A DNA stretch of 64,000 nt from Candidatus Omnitrophota bacterium (GCA_030649895.1 JAUSEX010000026.1:16823-80822), one strand, 5' to 3'. Counted from the stretch's first letter, positions 41,337 through 51,604 are shown. Notes: generated from the letters alone by a model not told the origin. Program-made: numbers and translations.

Positions 41337-42326
41337 TCATTCGGCTTTAGGCTCTCTGGTCATCAGTTCATTAACCGCTAAAAGAGGCGATTTGTTTTCA
41401 AATAAAACCGCGCGCACCTGCTGGGTGATAGGCAGCTCTATATTGTATCTTTTACCTAACTCCACTGCTGAGCAGGAAGTCCACGCGCCTTCTATCTCCA
41501 TCACGCTTTTATTCAGGAGTAACTCCGGCTTATTGCCTTTGCCTATCTCTTCGCCGAACCTGTGATTCCTGCCTTCAGGGCTGATGCACGTGGTAATCAT
41601 ATCCCCCAGCCCGCTCAAGCCCTGTAGAGTATCCCTGTTAGCGCCCATTGCCAGGCCCAAACGCGTCATCTCTGCCAGACCTCTTGTAAGTATCGCTGCC
41701 TTTGTATTTGCTCCGAACCCAAGGCCGTCTGAAATACCTGAGGCAATAGCTATCACATTCTTAAGGGCTCCGCCAAGCTCTACGCCTATTATATCTTTAT
41801 TGGTATAAACCCTGAAATGCTCTGCCCTGAATATATCGCTAACCTTTCTTGCGAAAATCTCATCCTCTGACGCCACTACTACAGCTGTCGGAATCCCCCT
41901 CGCCACTTCAGGCGCTATGCTTGGTCCTGACAATACAGCTATTTCCCTGCCTCCTAAGGCTTCCCTGACTACCTCGCTCATTCTTTTAAGAGTTTTTCCT
42001 TCTATACCCTTTGCTACGCTAACAAAACCAGCCTGTAGTTCTCCTAGGATCTTATTATTTTTTGTAATGACATCCCGCAGAAATCGCGACGGTATTGCCA
42101 GAACTATCAGATTGGAATCTCCGCACGCAACACGCATATCGTCTGTAAGCTGAATAGTCTTTGGGATTTTAAAACCGGGCAAAAATTTCTTATTCTCCCT
42201 GTTCTTTTTTATGGCCTCTACATCTTCTTTAAAAGCGCCCCAGAGCGATACGTCAAACCCTTTATTTTTCAATAAAATTGCTAACGCCGTGCCCCATCCG
42301 CCATCCCCTAAAACCGATATTTTCAC
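41337..42326 (-). CDS. gpsA: NAD(P)H-dependent glycerol-3-phosphate dehydrogenase
   Basis: GDGGWGTAL, AKGIE, SGPS, GGALKNVIAI, GLGD. Confidence 0.96.
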   Translation of the reverse strand: MKISVLGDGGWGTALAILLKNKGFDVSLWGAFKEDVEAIKKNRENKKFLPGFKIPKTIQLTDDMRVACGDSNLIVLAIPSRFLRDVITKNNKILGELQAGFVSVAKGIEGKTLKRMSEVVREALGGREIAVLSGPSIAPEVARGIPTAVVVASEDEIFARKVSDIFRAEHFRVYTNKDIIGVELGGALKNVIAIASGISDGLGFGANTKAAILTRGLAEMTRLGLAMGANRDTLQGLSGLGDMITTCISPEGRNHRFGEEIGKGNKPELLLNKSVMEIEGAWTSCSAVELGKRYNIELPITQQVRAVLFENKSPLLAVNELMTREPKAE

Positions 42327-42347
42327 ATAACCTCCTGAATTTATTCA

Positions 42348-42376
42348 AGTTTAGCATATGACGACAATGTAGTCAA
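42348..42376 (-). promoter_or_regulatory. Predicted gpsA promoter
   Basis: TTGACT-N17-TAAACT with TG extension; AGGAGG RBS downstream. Confidence 0.6.
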
Positions 42377-42388
42377 TACATGATTCCA

Positions 42389-42602
42389 GGGAATTCGGTA
42401 TTATTTAAATAGCTGGATTATAAATATCGCAATATCCAGCCCTGGCAGGCCTAATAATAAACCATAGACACTTCGTAAGCGGGTCAACTAGTTGACCCAC
42501 TTACGAAATATAATAATTAAAAAACAGGCCGTAAACCGTGGCGGACAAACGTCTTTTCGTAGGCCAGCTATGGCTGGCAAACACCTGCTAGCGCTATTTG
42601 AC
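42389..42602. repeat. Composite structured non-coding element (copy 1)
   Basis: 42462-42545 matches 61630-61684 directly (plus an inserted hairpin); 42400-42449 matches 61705-61754 inverted. Confidence 0.8.
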
Positions 42603-42630
42603 ATTGAAAGTATTGCATGGCTCCATAAGA

Positions 42631-43131
42631 TCAGATGATAATCTTGGAAAGGACTATCGTACCTTTGAAAACTGGCGGATTTTGCGAAACAAGGCTGAAA
42701 TCGAATTCCTTCAATATCGCCTGGGTAGGCGGTTTTGCGATTTGCGATATAAATTTAATGATATCAGCCATATCCCCTTCTATTTGAATCTCCATAGAAT
42801 GCTCCCTGTAGAAATCCTTTTCAATTTCCAGCCCAGGTTTTATATTGCTGGTTTTTACGCCAAAGACGTCCGCCTGTCGCTCTATATCATTTAAGATTCT
42901 GGATATATTTTTAGTAACCTTTGCGTGCTCATTGTATTCCTGAACAATAAAATCTCTCCTCTTCATCAATCTTATGCCTTTATTCATTATGGCTCTTCTG
43001 GCAGCTATCTCGCTGTTTAAAACCTGCCACTTCTTAAACCCTGCCTCTATTATAAAATTATATAATAACGCCGTAACGATAAGGGCCATGGCTGCGATAA
43101 AAATATAATTTTCTCTCCTTGAAATCATCAT
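42631..43131 (-). CDS. GspM/PilO-like assembly platform protein
   Basis: SRRE then TM, coiled coil, ferredoxin-like C-domain (IEGDMADIIKFI); last gene of the gsp cluster. Confidence 0.7.
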   Translation of the reverse strand: MMISRRENYIFIAAMALIVTALLYNFIIEAGFKKWQVLNSEIAARRAIMNKGIRLMKRRDFIVQEYNEHAKVTKNISRILNDIERQADVFGVKTSNIKPGLEIEKDFYREHSMEIQIEGDMADIIKFISQIAKPPTQAILKEFDFSLVSQNPPVFKGTIVLSKIII

Positions 43132-43132
43132 A

Positions 43133-44269
43133 TCAAAACGCAAAACACGCTATGTTAAAATCAGTAAATTTCTGATTTTCTATTTCTTTTTTAGTAGTAT
43201 ACCTGACCTCTACTTTTTTAAAATATTTTGATTTCTCGAGAACCTTTATAAAATTAAATACGCTGGGCGTCTCCCTGACCATGCCCTTACAATAAATGAT
43301 GTTTTTGCCGTCATAATCAAACCCTTTCAGGAATATATCATCCGGCACAAGCCGGTAAAATTCCTTTAAAATATCCACGATACGTCCGCCTTCTTTTTTC
43401 TGATATTTTAAAAGGCCCGTCTTTTTAAGAAAGCTGTTCAGCTGATTCATGTCTTTCCGCATCTTATCTGTTTTTTCGGAAAGCATCAAGATTTCCCTGC
43501 TTTTTTCCCGGGTCTTAAAAACAAAAAGACTTGCTATAACGCCTACGGCAACCAACAGGAGAAAACACGTCGCGAAAGCCTGCTTGATATTCTCCGTATT
43601 TAACCTCTTATCAATGTATTCCCCGGGCAAAAGGTTTATTTCCAGAGGGGCGCCAGGGCTTTTCAGAACCCTCCTGTATTCATAAAAATTTACAGGGATT
43701 GAGAAAACCGCTTTTATTTCAGATTCTATATTTCCTCTATCCAGCTTTGATCCATGCATAACAATCAACTCTTCAGCATCTTTGCTGCCCTTGTCTCTTT
43801 TATAAGAAAGAAGAGATCGGTTTGTCTCGCCTAGCCAGCCCTCGGGACTGCTCAAGCCCCTGGAAAAAACAGGCTTGATACCGTCTAATATCATGATCTC
43901 CGGATATTCTGCCTCTATATTTATAACCAGGCTTACCTTATCATGTTTAATTATGCCTCTTGTTAAAAGATATAAATACAATAATTCCGTCTCCAGCCTC
44001 ACGCTGTCAGGCCTGATCTTTTTCTCGGCTAGAATCTCTTCTATCTGCTGTTTTTTTGCAACAACAAGCAATATATAAGAAAATCCTTTTTTGTATGACC
44101 CTAGATTCCTGAAACTTATTATTAACCTTTGTTTTGAGTAAGGAAACTCTTTAATGGCCTGTAATTCTACCATGCCTTTAATATCAAAAAAGTCCACAGA
44201 GGGCAGCTCTACAAACCTCAAAGCCACCTTGTTTCTTGGGATGACCAGGGCGTCTCCTGACCGGTTCAA
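43133..44269 (-). CDS. GspL / PilM-PilN-like fusion (N-terminally short)
   Basis: RFVELP, INLLP then TM, coiled coil, PilN-like tail (LEKSKYFKKVE); probable TTG start overlapping the gspK stop. Confidence 0.7.
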   Translation of the reverse strand: MNRSGDALVIPRNKVALRFVELPSVDFFDIKGMVELQAIKEFPYSKQRLIISFRNLGSYKKGFSYILLVVAKKQQIEEILAEKKIRPDSVRLETELLYLYLLTRGIIKHDKVSLVINIEAEYPEIMILDGIKPVFSRGLSSPEGWLGETNRSLLSYKRDKGSKDAEELIVMHGSKLDRGNIESEIKAVFSIPVNFYEYRRVLKSPGAPLEINLLPGEYIDKRLNTENIKQAFATCFLLLVAVGVIASLFVFKTREKSREILMLSEKTDKMRKDMNQLNSFLKKTGLLKYQKKEGGRIVDILKEFYRLVPDDIFLKGFDYDGKNIIYCKGMVRETPSVFNFIKVLEKSKYFKKVEVRYTTKKEIENQKFTDFNIACFAF

Positions 44270-45111
44270 TCTATCCCCTCTTTCCAGCAATAAATTTTCC
44301 CTAGCCTGTCTACTACTGCCATGATGCGTTTTGTTTCATTCTTATCTTCCGGAAAAGACGCTTCTGCCAGTATTCTGAAAAATTCTGATTTTACGTCAAA
44401 TAAAAACTTATGCCTTAAAATAACATCTGGCGCGGTTCCAAAATTTTCGAACACGAGACTGAAATTATCCTCGGTAAATACGCCGTCATCGATTGTGCCG
44501 ATCTTATTGTCGTCTCCCACCCTGAATCCGATAATCTTATTTATTATTGAATCATTTTCGATAACTGCCCTTAACGTATTTTCATCGGATGTATTTATGT
44601 TAATCCTGGGATTAGCGCCCCTGTAAATTGTTACATAATCTTTTATCTTCGAATACATATCTCTTGTCATGCCTTCTATCAAAAATAATTCCTCCATGAA
44701 CTCAAAACCCTTTTCCTCTTTTTTAGCCTTATAATCCAAAAGCCCCTGGCTAGTCCCGTTATCCAGCCCAAGCGTTATTAAATGTTTTTTGCTTAGGCCC
44801 GGGCCATTCAGATTAAACCTTGCGCTTTCGTCATGAGAGCTGTATATAACGCTGCCCCCTCCCAGTTTAAACTCTTTTTCTTTATTCCAACCTTCATTAA
44901 GACTGTCGTAATTATTTTTATCTTCATTAAGATCAATTATAGCTTTTACGACCCCGGCCTTTGCAAGATACGATAACTTTATATCTATAGATTCATGTCT
45001 CGCAAGTTTTATATCAGATGCGGAATTGCGGGATATGGCTATGCTGAATAAAGATAAAATGATCAGCACCCACATCACAAATATCAATATGCTGGCTTTT
45101 TCGTCTTTCAT
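44266..45111 (-). CDS. gspK: Minor pseudopilin GspK
   Basis: KA/SILIFVMWVL, LAKAG, DESARFNLN, RININTS, SEFFRI. Confidence 0.85.
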   Translation of the reverse strand: MKDEKASILIFVMWVLIILSLFSIAISRNSASDIKLARHESIDIKLSYLAKAGVVKAIIDLNEDKNNYDSLNEGWNKEKEFKLGGGSVIYSSHDESARFNLNGPGLSKKHLITLGLDNGTSQGLLDYKAKKEEKGFEFMEELFLIEGMTRDMYSKIKDYVTIYRGANPRININTSDENTLRAVIENDSIINKIIGFRVGDDNKIGTIDDGVFTEDNFSLVFENFGTAPDVILRHKFLFDVKSEFFRILAEASFPEDKNETKRIMAVVDRLGKIYCWKEGID

Positions 45112-45689
45112 TCTGCCCCTAATATGCCTTGAGGGATAAGTATTGTTTTATGATACGCGTCTTCGTTCAGTCCAAGCTTAAAATTAATCTTAACCAGCAA
45201 TGGGATTTTCTGCTGAGGCCCTTCCCATATACCTTTCCATTCAAGGCCCTTAAGGCCATATCTTACTCCATACGCGTATTCAAAATCTATTGAATCTGCC
45301 GAAAATATAAATTCGTCAACCGCCTCTTCTTCAAAAAACCTGTCATCCGCAAAAACGGAATTCTTTTTCATTAGAACCTTACGACCTCTATTCTTATCTT
45401 CCGCTATATAATAATTAACCGCGTAGATTTTACCTTCTTCCCCTGCGACCGGAAATGTGATTTCTGACGGCATTCCTTTAAAAGGTACGCCGGAAAAAAA
45501 GAACGAGCCCCGCAATTCTTTCTGCATCCTTAAAAGCGATATCCTGATTTTTTGAAAATCCCTGCTTTCGGCGCTTCTACGCCATGCCTTTATGCCTGCG
45601 TTAAAAGCGCCATAGATAGAAACAACCGCTATAGCAAATATCAACATTGAGATTGCAAGTTCTATGAGAGTAAAGGCTTTGCGCGTCAT
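45108..45689 (-). CDS. Minor pseudopilin, GspJ-like
   Basis: Prepilin RKA/FTLIEL; C-terminal W...W......P..VKI. Confidence 0.8.
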   Translation of the reverse strand: MTRKAFTLIELAISMLIFAIAVVSIYGAFNAGIKAWRRSAESRDFQKIRISLLRMQKELRGSFFFSGVPFKGMPSEITFPVAGEEGKIYAVNYYIAEDKNRGRKVLMKKNSVFADDRFFEEEAVDEFIFSADSIDFEYAYGVRYGLKGLEWKGIWEGPQQKIPLLVKINFKLGLNEDAYHKTILIPQGILGAE

Positions 45690-46063
45690 ATATAGGTTAA
45701 AATAGATAAATCTTCTTCTTTGTCTTTATTATGCCAAATGACCTTAAGGTTTATTTCTTTGCAAAAACCTCCTTCTGTGCCGCCAATATCCAATGCCCAA
45801 GAAAATCTATTATCAAAATCGCTGAATTCTCCTCTCGTTGCTCCGTCTTCCACGCTGCTATTATAAAGCTCCAGCATCTTCTCTTCAAGCAAAAGCCCTG
45901 CCTTAAAATAATCCATCGAGAGCTCCGTCGCCCTCATAGGCCTGATAAAAGAATTCAATACAAATAAAACCCCGCAAGCCAATATCGAAACGCTCACCAT
46001 TATTTCAAGCAATAAGAAGCCTTCGCTTTCCCGCCCCTTAAGTTTCCCAGTTAAAGACATCAT
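45686..46063 (-). CDS. Minor pseudopilin, GspI-like
   Basis: Prepilin EG/FLLLEIMVSV. Confidence 0.75.
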   Translation of the reverse strand: MMSLTGKLKGRESEGFLLLEIMVSVSILACGVLFVLNSFIRPMRATELSMDYFKAGLLLEEKMLELYNSSVEDGATRGEFSDFDNRFSWALDIGGTEGGFCKEINLKVIWHNKDKEEDLSILTYI

Positions 46064-46445
46064 CCCCTCCGCCTTCTACCTTGTCAGGGCCATGAGAATA
46101 AAGATCATAATCTATATTATGATCCCCTGGCGATCTATAAATATAGCTGCTTCCCCATGGATCAAGCGGCAATTTTTTAAGATAAGGCCCTTTCCATTTT
46201 AAGCTAGAGCCTGGTTTTGCCAATAACGCGGCCAGCCCTTCTCCGGTTTCCGGGTATTTTCCATTATCCAGTTCATATAAATCAAGCGCGACTGAAATAT
46301 TTGCATTTATATCCGCCCTGGCTGCAACTATTTTGGCTTCTTCGGAACGGCCGACAAGTCTGGGCGCAACCATAGAAACAAGAACACCCACAATAACTAC
46401 TACAAGCATTAATTCAATAAGAGTAAAACCTTCTTTATTATTCAT
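46038..46445 (-). CDS. gspG: Major pseudopilin GspG
   Basis: G/FTLIELMLVVVI, ALDLYELDNG.YP...GL, WKGPYL..LPLDPWG..Y.Y.SPG, S.GPD..EGG.DD. Confidence 0.93.
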   Translation of the reverse strand: MNNKEGFTLIELMLVVVIVGVLVSMVAPRLVGRSEEAKIVAARADINANISVALDLYELDNGKYPETGEGLAALLAKPGSSLKWKGPYLKKLPLDPWGSSYIYRSPGDHNIDYDLYSHGPDKVEGGGDDVFNWET

Positions 46446-46458
46446 TTAATCCTCCGTT

Positions 46459-47658
46459 TTAATGAGAAACCAGGGATATTTGAAAAACAGGCAAAAGCAT
46501 TGCAATTACTATGAAACCTATTACAAGGCCCATTATTAAAATAAAAACGGGCTCCAAAAGAGTAGTTATTGTTTTCACTTTATTTTCCAATTCTTTTTCG
46601 TAACTCCTGGCGACGTTTAATAACGCCTTATCCAAAAAACCGCCTTCTTCGCCAACCGCTATCATATTTCCTACCATCAAAGGAAAAGACCCGGTTTTTT
46701 TTATTGCAATAGCAAGGCTTGCGCCCGATTTAATGTCTTCATAGATTAATCCGGCGTCTTCTTTTATCGCGCTATTAGTTATCACGCCGGAAACTATCTT
46801 TAAAGAACTTAGCATAGAAACCCCGTTTTTTAGAAGCATAGAAAAAGTCCTCGAGAACCTTGCAAACTCCGCATCCTTTATAAGGTTTCCAAAAATAGGG
46901 ATTTTTAATTTTATCTTATCCAGTTTAATTTTTGCAACATGGTCCGAGCCGATGTTCTTAAGCAAAAAAACCGCCCCTGCCGTAAAAAAAATCATCCAAA
47001 TCCAATAAACCCTTACAAAACCGCTTATCGCTATAAGCATCCTTGTAGGTAACGGCAATTTCTCGCCCATCTCTATAAACATATCCACCAATCTGGGAAC
47101 AATAAATGCGACCAAGATAAATATTGTGCCAAGGCCCACCAGCGCCATTAAAACAGGATATGCGGATGCCGTTATAATCTTGGCGCGTATGTCCTCGTCT
47201 TTATCCGATAGATCGGCTATATTTAACAGGGCCTCGTTCAGCGAGCCTGATTCTTCTCCCGCGCGCACAATATTTACATACAACTCTGAAAAAGTGCCTG
47301 GATAATTTTCTAACGCCTCTGAAAATTTTTTTCCATCTTTTATATAACCTTTTACTGCCTTCGTTATTATTTTTAAATTTTTATTTTCAGACTGATTTTC
47401 CATCAGGCTCAACGCATTATAAAGCGTAATTCCCGCGCTTAAGAGTTCAGACAAGTGTCTTGTAAAATCAGCCAGGCGTTTTGAATTAATTCTATAAACC
47501 GCAACCCTTTCAGCATTTTTCAATTCCTCTTTAACCGATATAGGATAATAGCCAAGCCTGACCAATCTATTAATAGCTATTTTTTCTGAGTCAGCCTCAA
47601 TAGCGCCTTCCATAGTTTCAGCCGGGCCTTTTTTCGCTTTATATATAAATCTAGCCAT
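46459..47658 (-). CDS. gspF: T2SS/T4P inner-membrane platform protein GspF/PilC
   Basis: AGEESGSL, AYP, VGEEGG.L, LLEP, AMLLPVF. Confidence 0.92.
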   Translation of the reverse strand: MARFIYKAKKGPAETMEGAIEADSEKIAINRLVRLGYYPISVKEELKNAERVAVYRINSKRLADFTRHLSELLSAGITLYNALSLMENQSENKNLKIITKAVKGYIKDGKKFSEALENYPGTFSELYVNIVRAGEESGSLNEALLNIADLSDKDEDIRAKIITASAYPVLMALVGLGTIFILVAFIVPRLVDMFIEMGEKLPLPTRMLIAISGFVRVYWIWMIFFTAGAVFLLKNIGSDHVAKIKLDKIKLKIPIFGNLIKDAEFARFSRTFSMLLKNGVSMLSSLKIVSGVITNSAIKEDAGLIYEDIKSGASLAIAIKKTGSFPLMVGNMIAVGEEGGFLDKALLNVARSYEKELENKVKTITTLLEPVFILIMGLVIGFIVIAMLLPVFQISLVSH

Positions 47659-47687
47659 ATCCTTAAAATAGCGCCGCGCGCCATCCG

Positions 47688-49130
47688 CTAGTCCTCTTTT
47701 GTCACCCTGACAACCTCACTGATAGTCGTTATGCCTTTTTTTACCTTTTCCAATCCATCCATCCTGAGAGTGCGCATACCCAATTCCAGCGCCTTATTCT
47801 TTATCTGGCCTGATGGCAAACGTTTTAAGATCATTTCCCGTATCTCGTCTTTCATTATTAAAAACTCATATATAGCTGTCCTGCCTTTATATCCTGTAAA
47901 TTTGCAGTATTCGCAGCCTTTCCCTTTGCAATCAAGGCAGATAACCCTGACAAGCCTTTGCGCAATAAAACATTCTACGGAACTCGCCACAAGATACGGT
48001 TCAATCCCTATATCTAAAAGCCTGGCTATGCCTCCTGCCGCATCATTTGTATGCAGCGTGCTAAAAACTAAATGCCCTGTCAAGGCGACTCTTATGGTTA
48101 TTTCTGCCGTCTCGTAATCCCTTACCTCTCCTAACATCATAACATCTGGGTCATGCCTTAGCATGGACCTCAGCCCTGTGGCAAAATTAAACCCTATCTT
48201 TGGATGAACTTGCATCTGGGTAATGCCTTTCAGCTGATATTCTATAGGGTCTTCTATGGTTATAATTTTTTTATCTGTATTATTTATCTTGGATAAACAG
48301 GCGTAGAGCGTGGTAGTCTTCCCGCTGCCGGTAGGCCCTGTAACAAAAAAAATCCCATGAGGCTTATTGATAAGCCTTTCGAGCGCTTGAAGGTCAGCAA
48401 TAGATAATCCCAGCCCCTCCAAACTATAAAGCATAGAACTGATAAGGATCCTGATATCTACGCTTTCTCCAAACTGCGTGGGCAATATAGACACCCTCAA
48501 GTCCATTTCCTGACCTGCTACTTTAATTTTTATCCTGCCGTCTTGAGGAAGGCGACGCTCTGAAATATCCAGGTTAGCCATAATCTTTATCCTGGAGACA
48601 ATGGCTGATTTAAAATATGCTATATTCCCGGGTATGGGCACATCATATAAAATACCATCCATCCTATATCTGATCCTGACATCTTCTTCGTATGGCTCTA
48701 TGTGTATATCCGTAGCGTTATCATTTACAGCCTGTACCAGCATCTGATTAACAAACTTCACTATAGACGCATCCTGGGCCAAATCATCTATATTTTCCAT
48801 CCCAGCTTCTTGAACCTCGAGCCTGGAGCCTTGAGCCATAATCTCTTCTATCGTTTCAGCGCCCAGGCCATAGCATTCTTTAATAGATTTTAATATATCG
48901 GCAAGACTGGCGTATACAGGCTCTATCTTAAATCCTGAAAATAAACCAATCTCGTCCAAAACATTTAAATTCAAAGGATCTTCTATGGCCAGGGTAAGAA
49001 CATTTTTTTCAAATTTTACCGGCAAAACTTTATAGTGGTATGCAAACTTTGCGGATATCTTCTTTAGGGTATCCGGATTTATTTTTATATCTTTCAGTCC
49101 AATAGAAGCTATGGATTCCAAGGCAGGCAT
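47688..49130 (-). CDS. gspE: T2SS/T4P assembly ATPase GspE/PilB
   Basis: TDIHIEP, ERRLPQDGR, GPTGSGKTTTLY, EDPIEY, LRHDPD, TGHLVFSTLHTN. Confidence 0.95.
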   Translation of the reverse strand: MPALESIASIGLKDIKINPDTLKKISAKFAYHYKVLPVKFEKNVLTLAIEDPLNLNVLDEIGLFSGFKIEPVYASLADILKSIKECYGLGAETIEEIMAQGSRLEVQEAGMENIDDLAQDASIVKFVNQMLVQAVNDNATDIHIEPYEEDVRIRYRMDGILYDVPIPGNIAYFKSAIVSRIKIMANLDISERRLPQDGRIKIKVAGQEMDLRVSILPTQFGESVDIRILISSMLYSLEGLGLSIADLQALERLINKPHGIFFVTGPTGSGKTTTLYACLSKINNTDKKIITIEDPIEYQLKGITQMQVHPKIGFNFATGLRSMLRHDPDVMMLGEVRDYETAEITIRVALTGHLVFSTLHTNDAAGGIARLLDIGIEPYLVASSVECFIAQRLVRVICLDCKGKGCEYCKFTGYKGRTAIYEFLIMKDEIREMILKRLPSGQIKNKALELGMRTLRMDGLEKVKKGITTISEVVRVTKED

Positions 49131-49204
49131 TAATGCACAGTATAATTCCCGCTAAACAGTCAAATCAATTAAAAATAAGGCAGATTATAATGCCTCAAAG
49201 GATA

Positions 49205-50440
49205 TTATAATTTTTTTACGCAGAGCGTGGCGTTATGGCCGCCGAAGCCGAGTGAATTGGATAAGCAGGAATTGACCTTTACCTGGCGAGCCTTATTGGG
49301 CACGTAGTCAAGATCGCAATCAGGGTCTGGTGTTTCGTAGTTTATTGTAGGGGGAATAATGCCATTTTCTATGGCGAGGCAGCATATGACGAACTCCACC
49401 GCGCCTGCAGCGCCTAGCTGATGGCCGAGCATTGATTTAGTGGATGAAACAGCTACTTTTTTAGCAAAGCTGCCGAATACTTTTTTTATCGCAAGGGTTT
49501 CTATCTTATCGTTAAGCGAAGTGGATGTGCCATGCGCATTTACATAGCTGATATCCTCAGGCTTCAGGTTAGCGTCTTTAAGCGCGTTAACCATGCACCT
49601 GGTAGCACCTTCGCCTTCAGGGTCAGGCGCTGTCATGTGATAAGCATCGCCTGTCATGCCATAGCCCACTATCTCGCCGTATATCTTGGCGTTTCTTTTC
49701 TTCGCGTGTTCCATTTCTTCCAGGATCGCAATCCCGCAGCCTTCTGACATTACAAAACCGTCTCTATCCTTATCAAAAGGCCTTGATGCCCTCTGGGGTT
49801 CATTATTCCTGGTGGAAAGGGCTTTTAATGCGCAGAAACCTCCGATACCAAGAGCGCTAATGCAGCTTTCAGTACCGCCCGCTATCATGACATCTGCGTC
49901 GCCATATTGGATAATCCTCATTGCTTCGCCTATGGCGTGCGAACCTGATGCGCAAGCAGTTGTAGTGCAAAGATTCGGGCCCTTAACACCTGTCATAATA
50001 GAGATATGGCCTGACGCCATATTTACTATAAGCATGGGTATCAGAAAAGGCGTTATGCGGGAAGGGCCTTTTTCCAATATCACCTTATGCTCTTCCTCTA
50101 TTATCCTCAAACTTCCTATGCCTGAACCCACTAACACCCCTATTCTATACGGATCTTCTTTGGATACATCAATGCCTGAATCTTCTATGGCATTTTTTGC
50201 AGCTGTCACGCCGAACTGCACAAATTTCTCCATCCTTCTGAGCTCTTTGCTGGAAATAGAAGGATGAGGCACAAATTCCTTGATCTCTCCTGCGATGCGG
50301 GAATCGTACTGGCTGGCGTCAAAATGAGTCAAGGGACCGATGCCGCTTTTGCCTTTTACAAGATTATCCCAGAAGATCCTATTAACGCATCCTATTGGAG
50401 AAACTATTCCAAGTCCAGTAACAACAACTCTTCGTTTCAT
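49205..50440 (-). CDS. fabF: 3-oxoacyl-ACP synthase II
   Basis: TACASG, NAHGTST, STKSMLGH, SNSLGFGGHN. Confidence 0.98.
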   Translation of the reverse strand: MKRRVVVTGLGIVSPIGCVNRIFWDNLVKGKSGIGPLTHFDASQYDSRIAGEIKEFVPHPSISSKELRRMEKFVQFGVTAAKNAIEDSGIDVSKEDPYRIGVLVGSGIGSLRIIEEEHKVILEKGPSRITPFLIPMLIVNMASGHISIMTGVKGPNLCTTTACASGSHAIGEAMRIIQYGDADVMIAGGTESCISALGIGGFCALKALSTRNNEPQRASRPFDKDRDGFVMSEGCGIAILEEMEHAKKRNAKIYGEIVGYGMTGDAYHMTAPDPEGEGATRCMVNALKDANLKPEDISYVNAHGTSTSLNDKIETLAIKKVFGSFAKKVAVSSTKSMLGHQLGAAGAVEFVICCLAIENGIIPPTINYETPDPDCDLDYVPNKARQVKVNSCLSNSLGFGGHNATLCVKKL

Positions 50441-50459
50441 ATATATCCTTTAAAAATAA

Positions 50460-50506
50460 GGGGTCAGAAGAGATTTAAAAATTAATTTAAGAACTCTCCT
50501 AACCCC
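50460..50506. repeat. Degenerate GGGGTCAG..CTAACCCC inverted-repeat element
   Basis: 13-bp arms with 2 mismatches around an AT-rich spacer. Confidence 0.55.
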
Positions 50507-50520
50507 GTATATTCAAACTA

Positions 50521-50760
50521 TTACTTTTTAATGCCTTTTTCTTCTATGTATTTAACAGCATCTCCGACCGTAGTGATTTTCTCGGCGTCTTCATCAGGAA
50601 TCTCTATGCCGAACTCTTCTTCAAGAGCCATTACAAGCTCTACTGTATCAAGAGAATCCGCGCCAAGATCATCTATGAAAGATGCCTCAGGAGTCACTTC
50701 TTCCGCCTTTACTCCTAGCTGTTCTGCTATTATTGATTTTACTTTTTCAGCAACTGCCAT
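50521..50760 (-). CDS. acpP: Acyl carrier protein
   Basis: [20 protein letters not shown]. Confidence 0.99.
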   Translation of the reverse strand: MAVAEKVKSIIAEQLGVKAEEVTPEASFIDDLGADSLDTVELVMALEEEFGIEIPDEDAEKITTVGDAVKYIEEKGIKK

Positions 50761-50791
50761 ATAATAATCCTCCTTGTTGTTTGCTTCTAAA

Positions 50792-51541
50792 CTACATCAC
50801 CATTCCGCCATCTACCTGTATCACCTGGCCTGTTATATATGAAGAGCTTTCGCTCGAAAGAAATAAGGCTAAATCCGCCACATCCTTCGCTCCGCCAAAC
50901 CTCCCAAGAGGTATCGCAGAAAGCATTTTTTTCTGGACATCTTCGGGTAATTTAGCTGTCATATCCGTCATGATAAAACCAGGGGCTATTGCGTTCACGC
51001 ATATATTACGCGAAGACAATTCTTTTGCCACGCTTTTTGTGAGTCCTATTATTCCGGCCTTTGAAGCCGCATAATTCGCTTGGCCCGCATTCCCCATTAT
51101 TCCAATGATCGAGGCAAGATTTACTATCTTACCGAAACGCTGTTTAAGCATAACCTTTGAGACAAGCTTGGTGCATATAAAAGTGCCTTTAAGGTTTACA
51201 GCTATTACCTTATCCCACTCGTCTTCCGACATCCTCAGGAGAAGATTATCTTTTGTTATGCCCGCATTGTTAATAAGTATATCTACTTTATTAAATTTGT
51301 CAAGAATTTTATCCACCATATCCTGAACCTGGATTGAATCAGTAACATCTACCTTGAAAGCAAGGCCTTCGCGGCCCAAACCTTCTATTTCTTTTACAGT
51401 TTTCTCAGCCTCTTCGAGATTTACGTCGCATATAGCTATGTTAGAGCCGTTTCTGGCAAAAAGCATTGCTATTTCTTTGCCAATACCCCTGGCCCCTCCC
51501 GTTATAAGGCTAATCCTGCCTTCTAGAGCTGATTCACACAT
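50792..51541 (-). CDS. fabG: 3-oxoacyl-ACP reductase
   Basis: [29 protein letters not shown]; start re-assigned downstream of the palindrome. Confidence 0.97.
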   Translation of the reverse strand: MCESALEGRISLITGGARGIGKEIAMLFARNGSNIAICDVNLEEAEKTVKEIEGLGREGLAFKVDVTDSIQVQDMVDKILDKFNKVDILINNAGITKDNLLLRMSEDEWDKVIAVNLKGTFICTKLVSKVMLKQRFGKIVNLASIIGIMGNAGQANYAASKAGIIGLTKSVAKELSSRNICVNAIAPGFIMTDMTAKLPEDVQKKMLSAIPLGRFGGAKDVADLALFLSSESSSYITGQVIQVDGGMVM

Positions 51542-51557
51542 ATTCATTCCTTTCTTA

Positions 51558-51597
51558 ATTCCGCTATGCGATCGGAAGCCCGATCGCATAGCGGAAT
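51558..51597. repeat. Hairpin ATTCCGCTATGCGATCGG-AAGC-CCGATCGCATAGCGGAAT
   Basis: 18-bp perfect arms between fabD and fabG; no U-tract. Confidence 0.8.
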
Positions 51598-51604
51598 CGG
51601 TCTA

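Noticed and set aside
42389-42602. Purine or c-di-GMP riboswitch (CCGTAAA motif), or a small ORF
   Set aside because: The other required aptamer motifs are absent, and no reading frame is conserved between the two copies
51542-51589. N-terminal extensions in the ORF track (fabG; likewise gap, ribE, fabH, PilZ, CBM48, def)
   Set aside because: Upstream alternative starts run through repeats or neighbouring genes; RBS and family N-termini support the downstream starts
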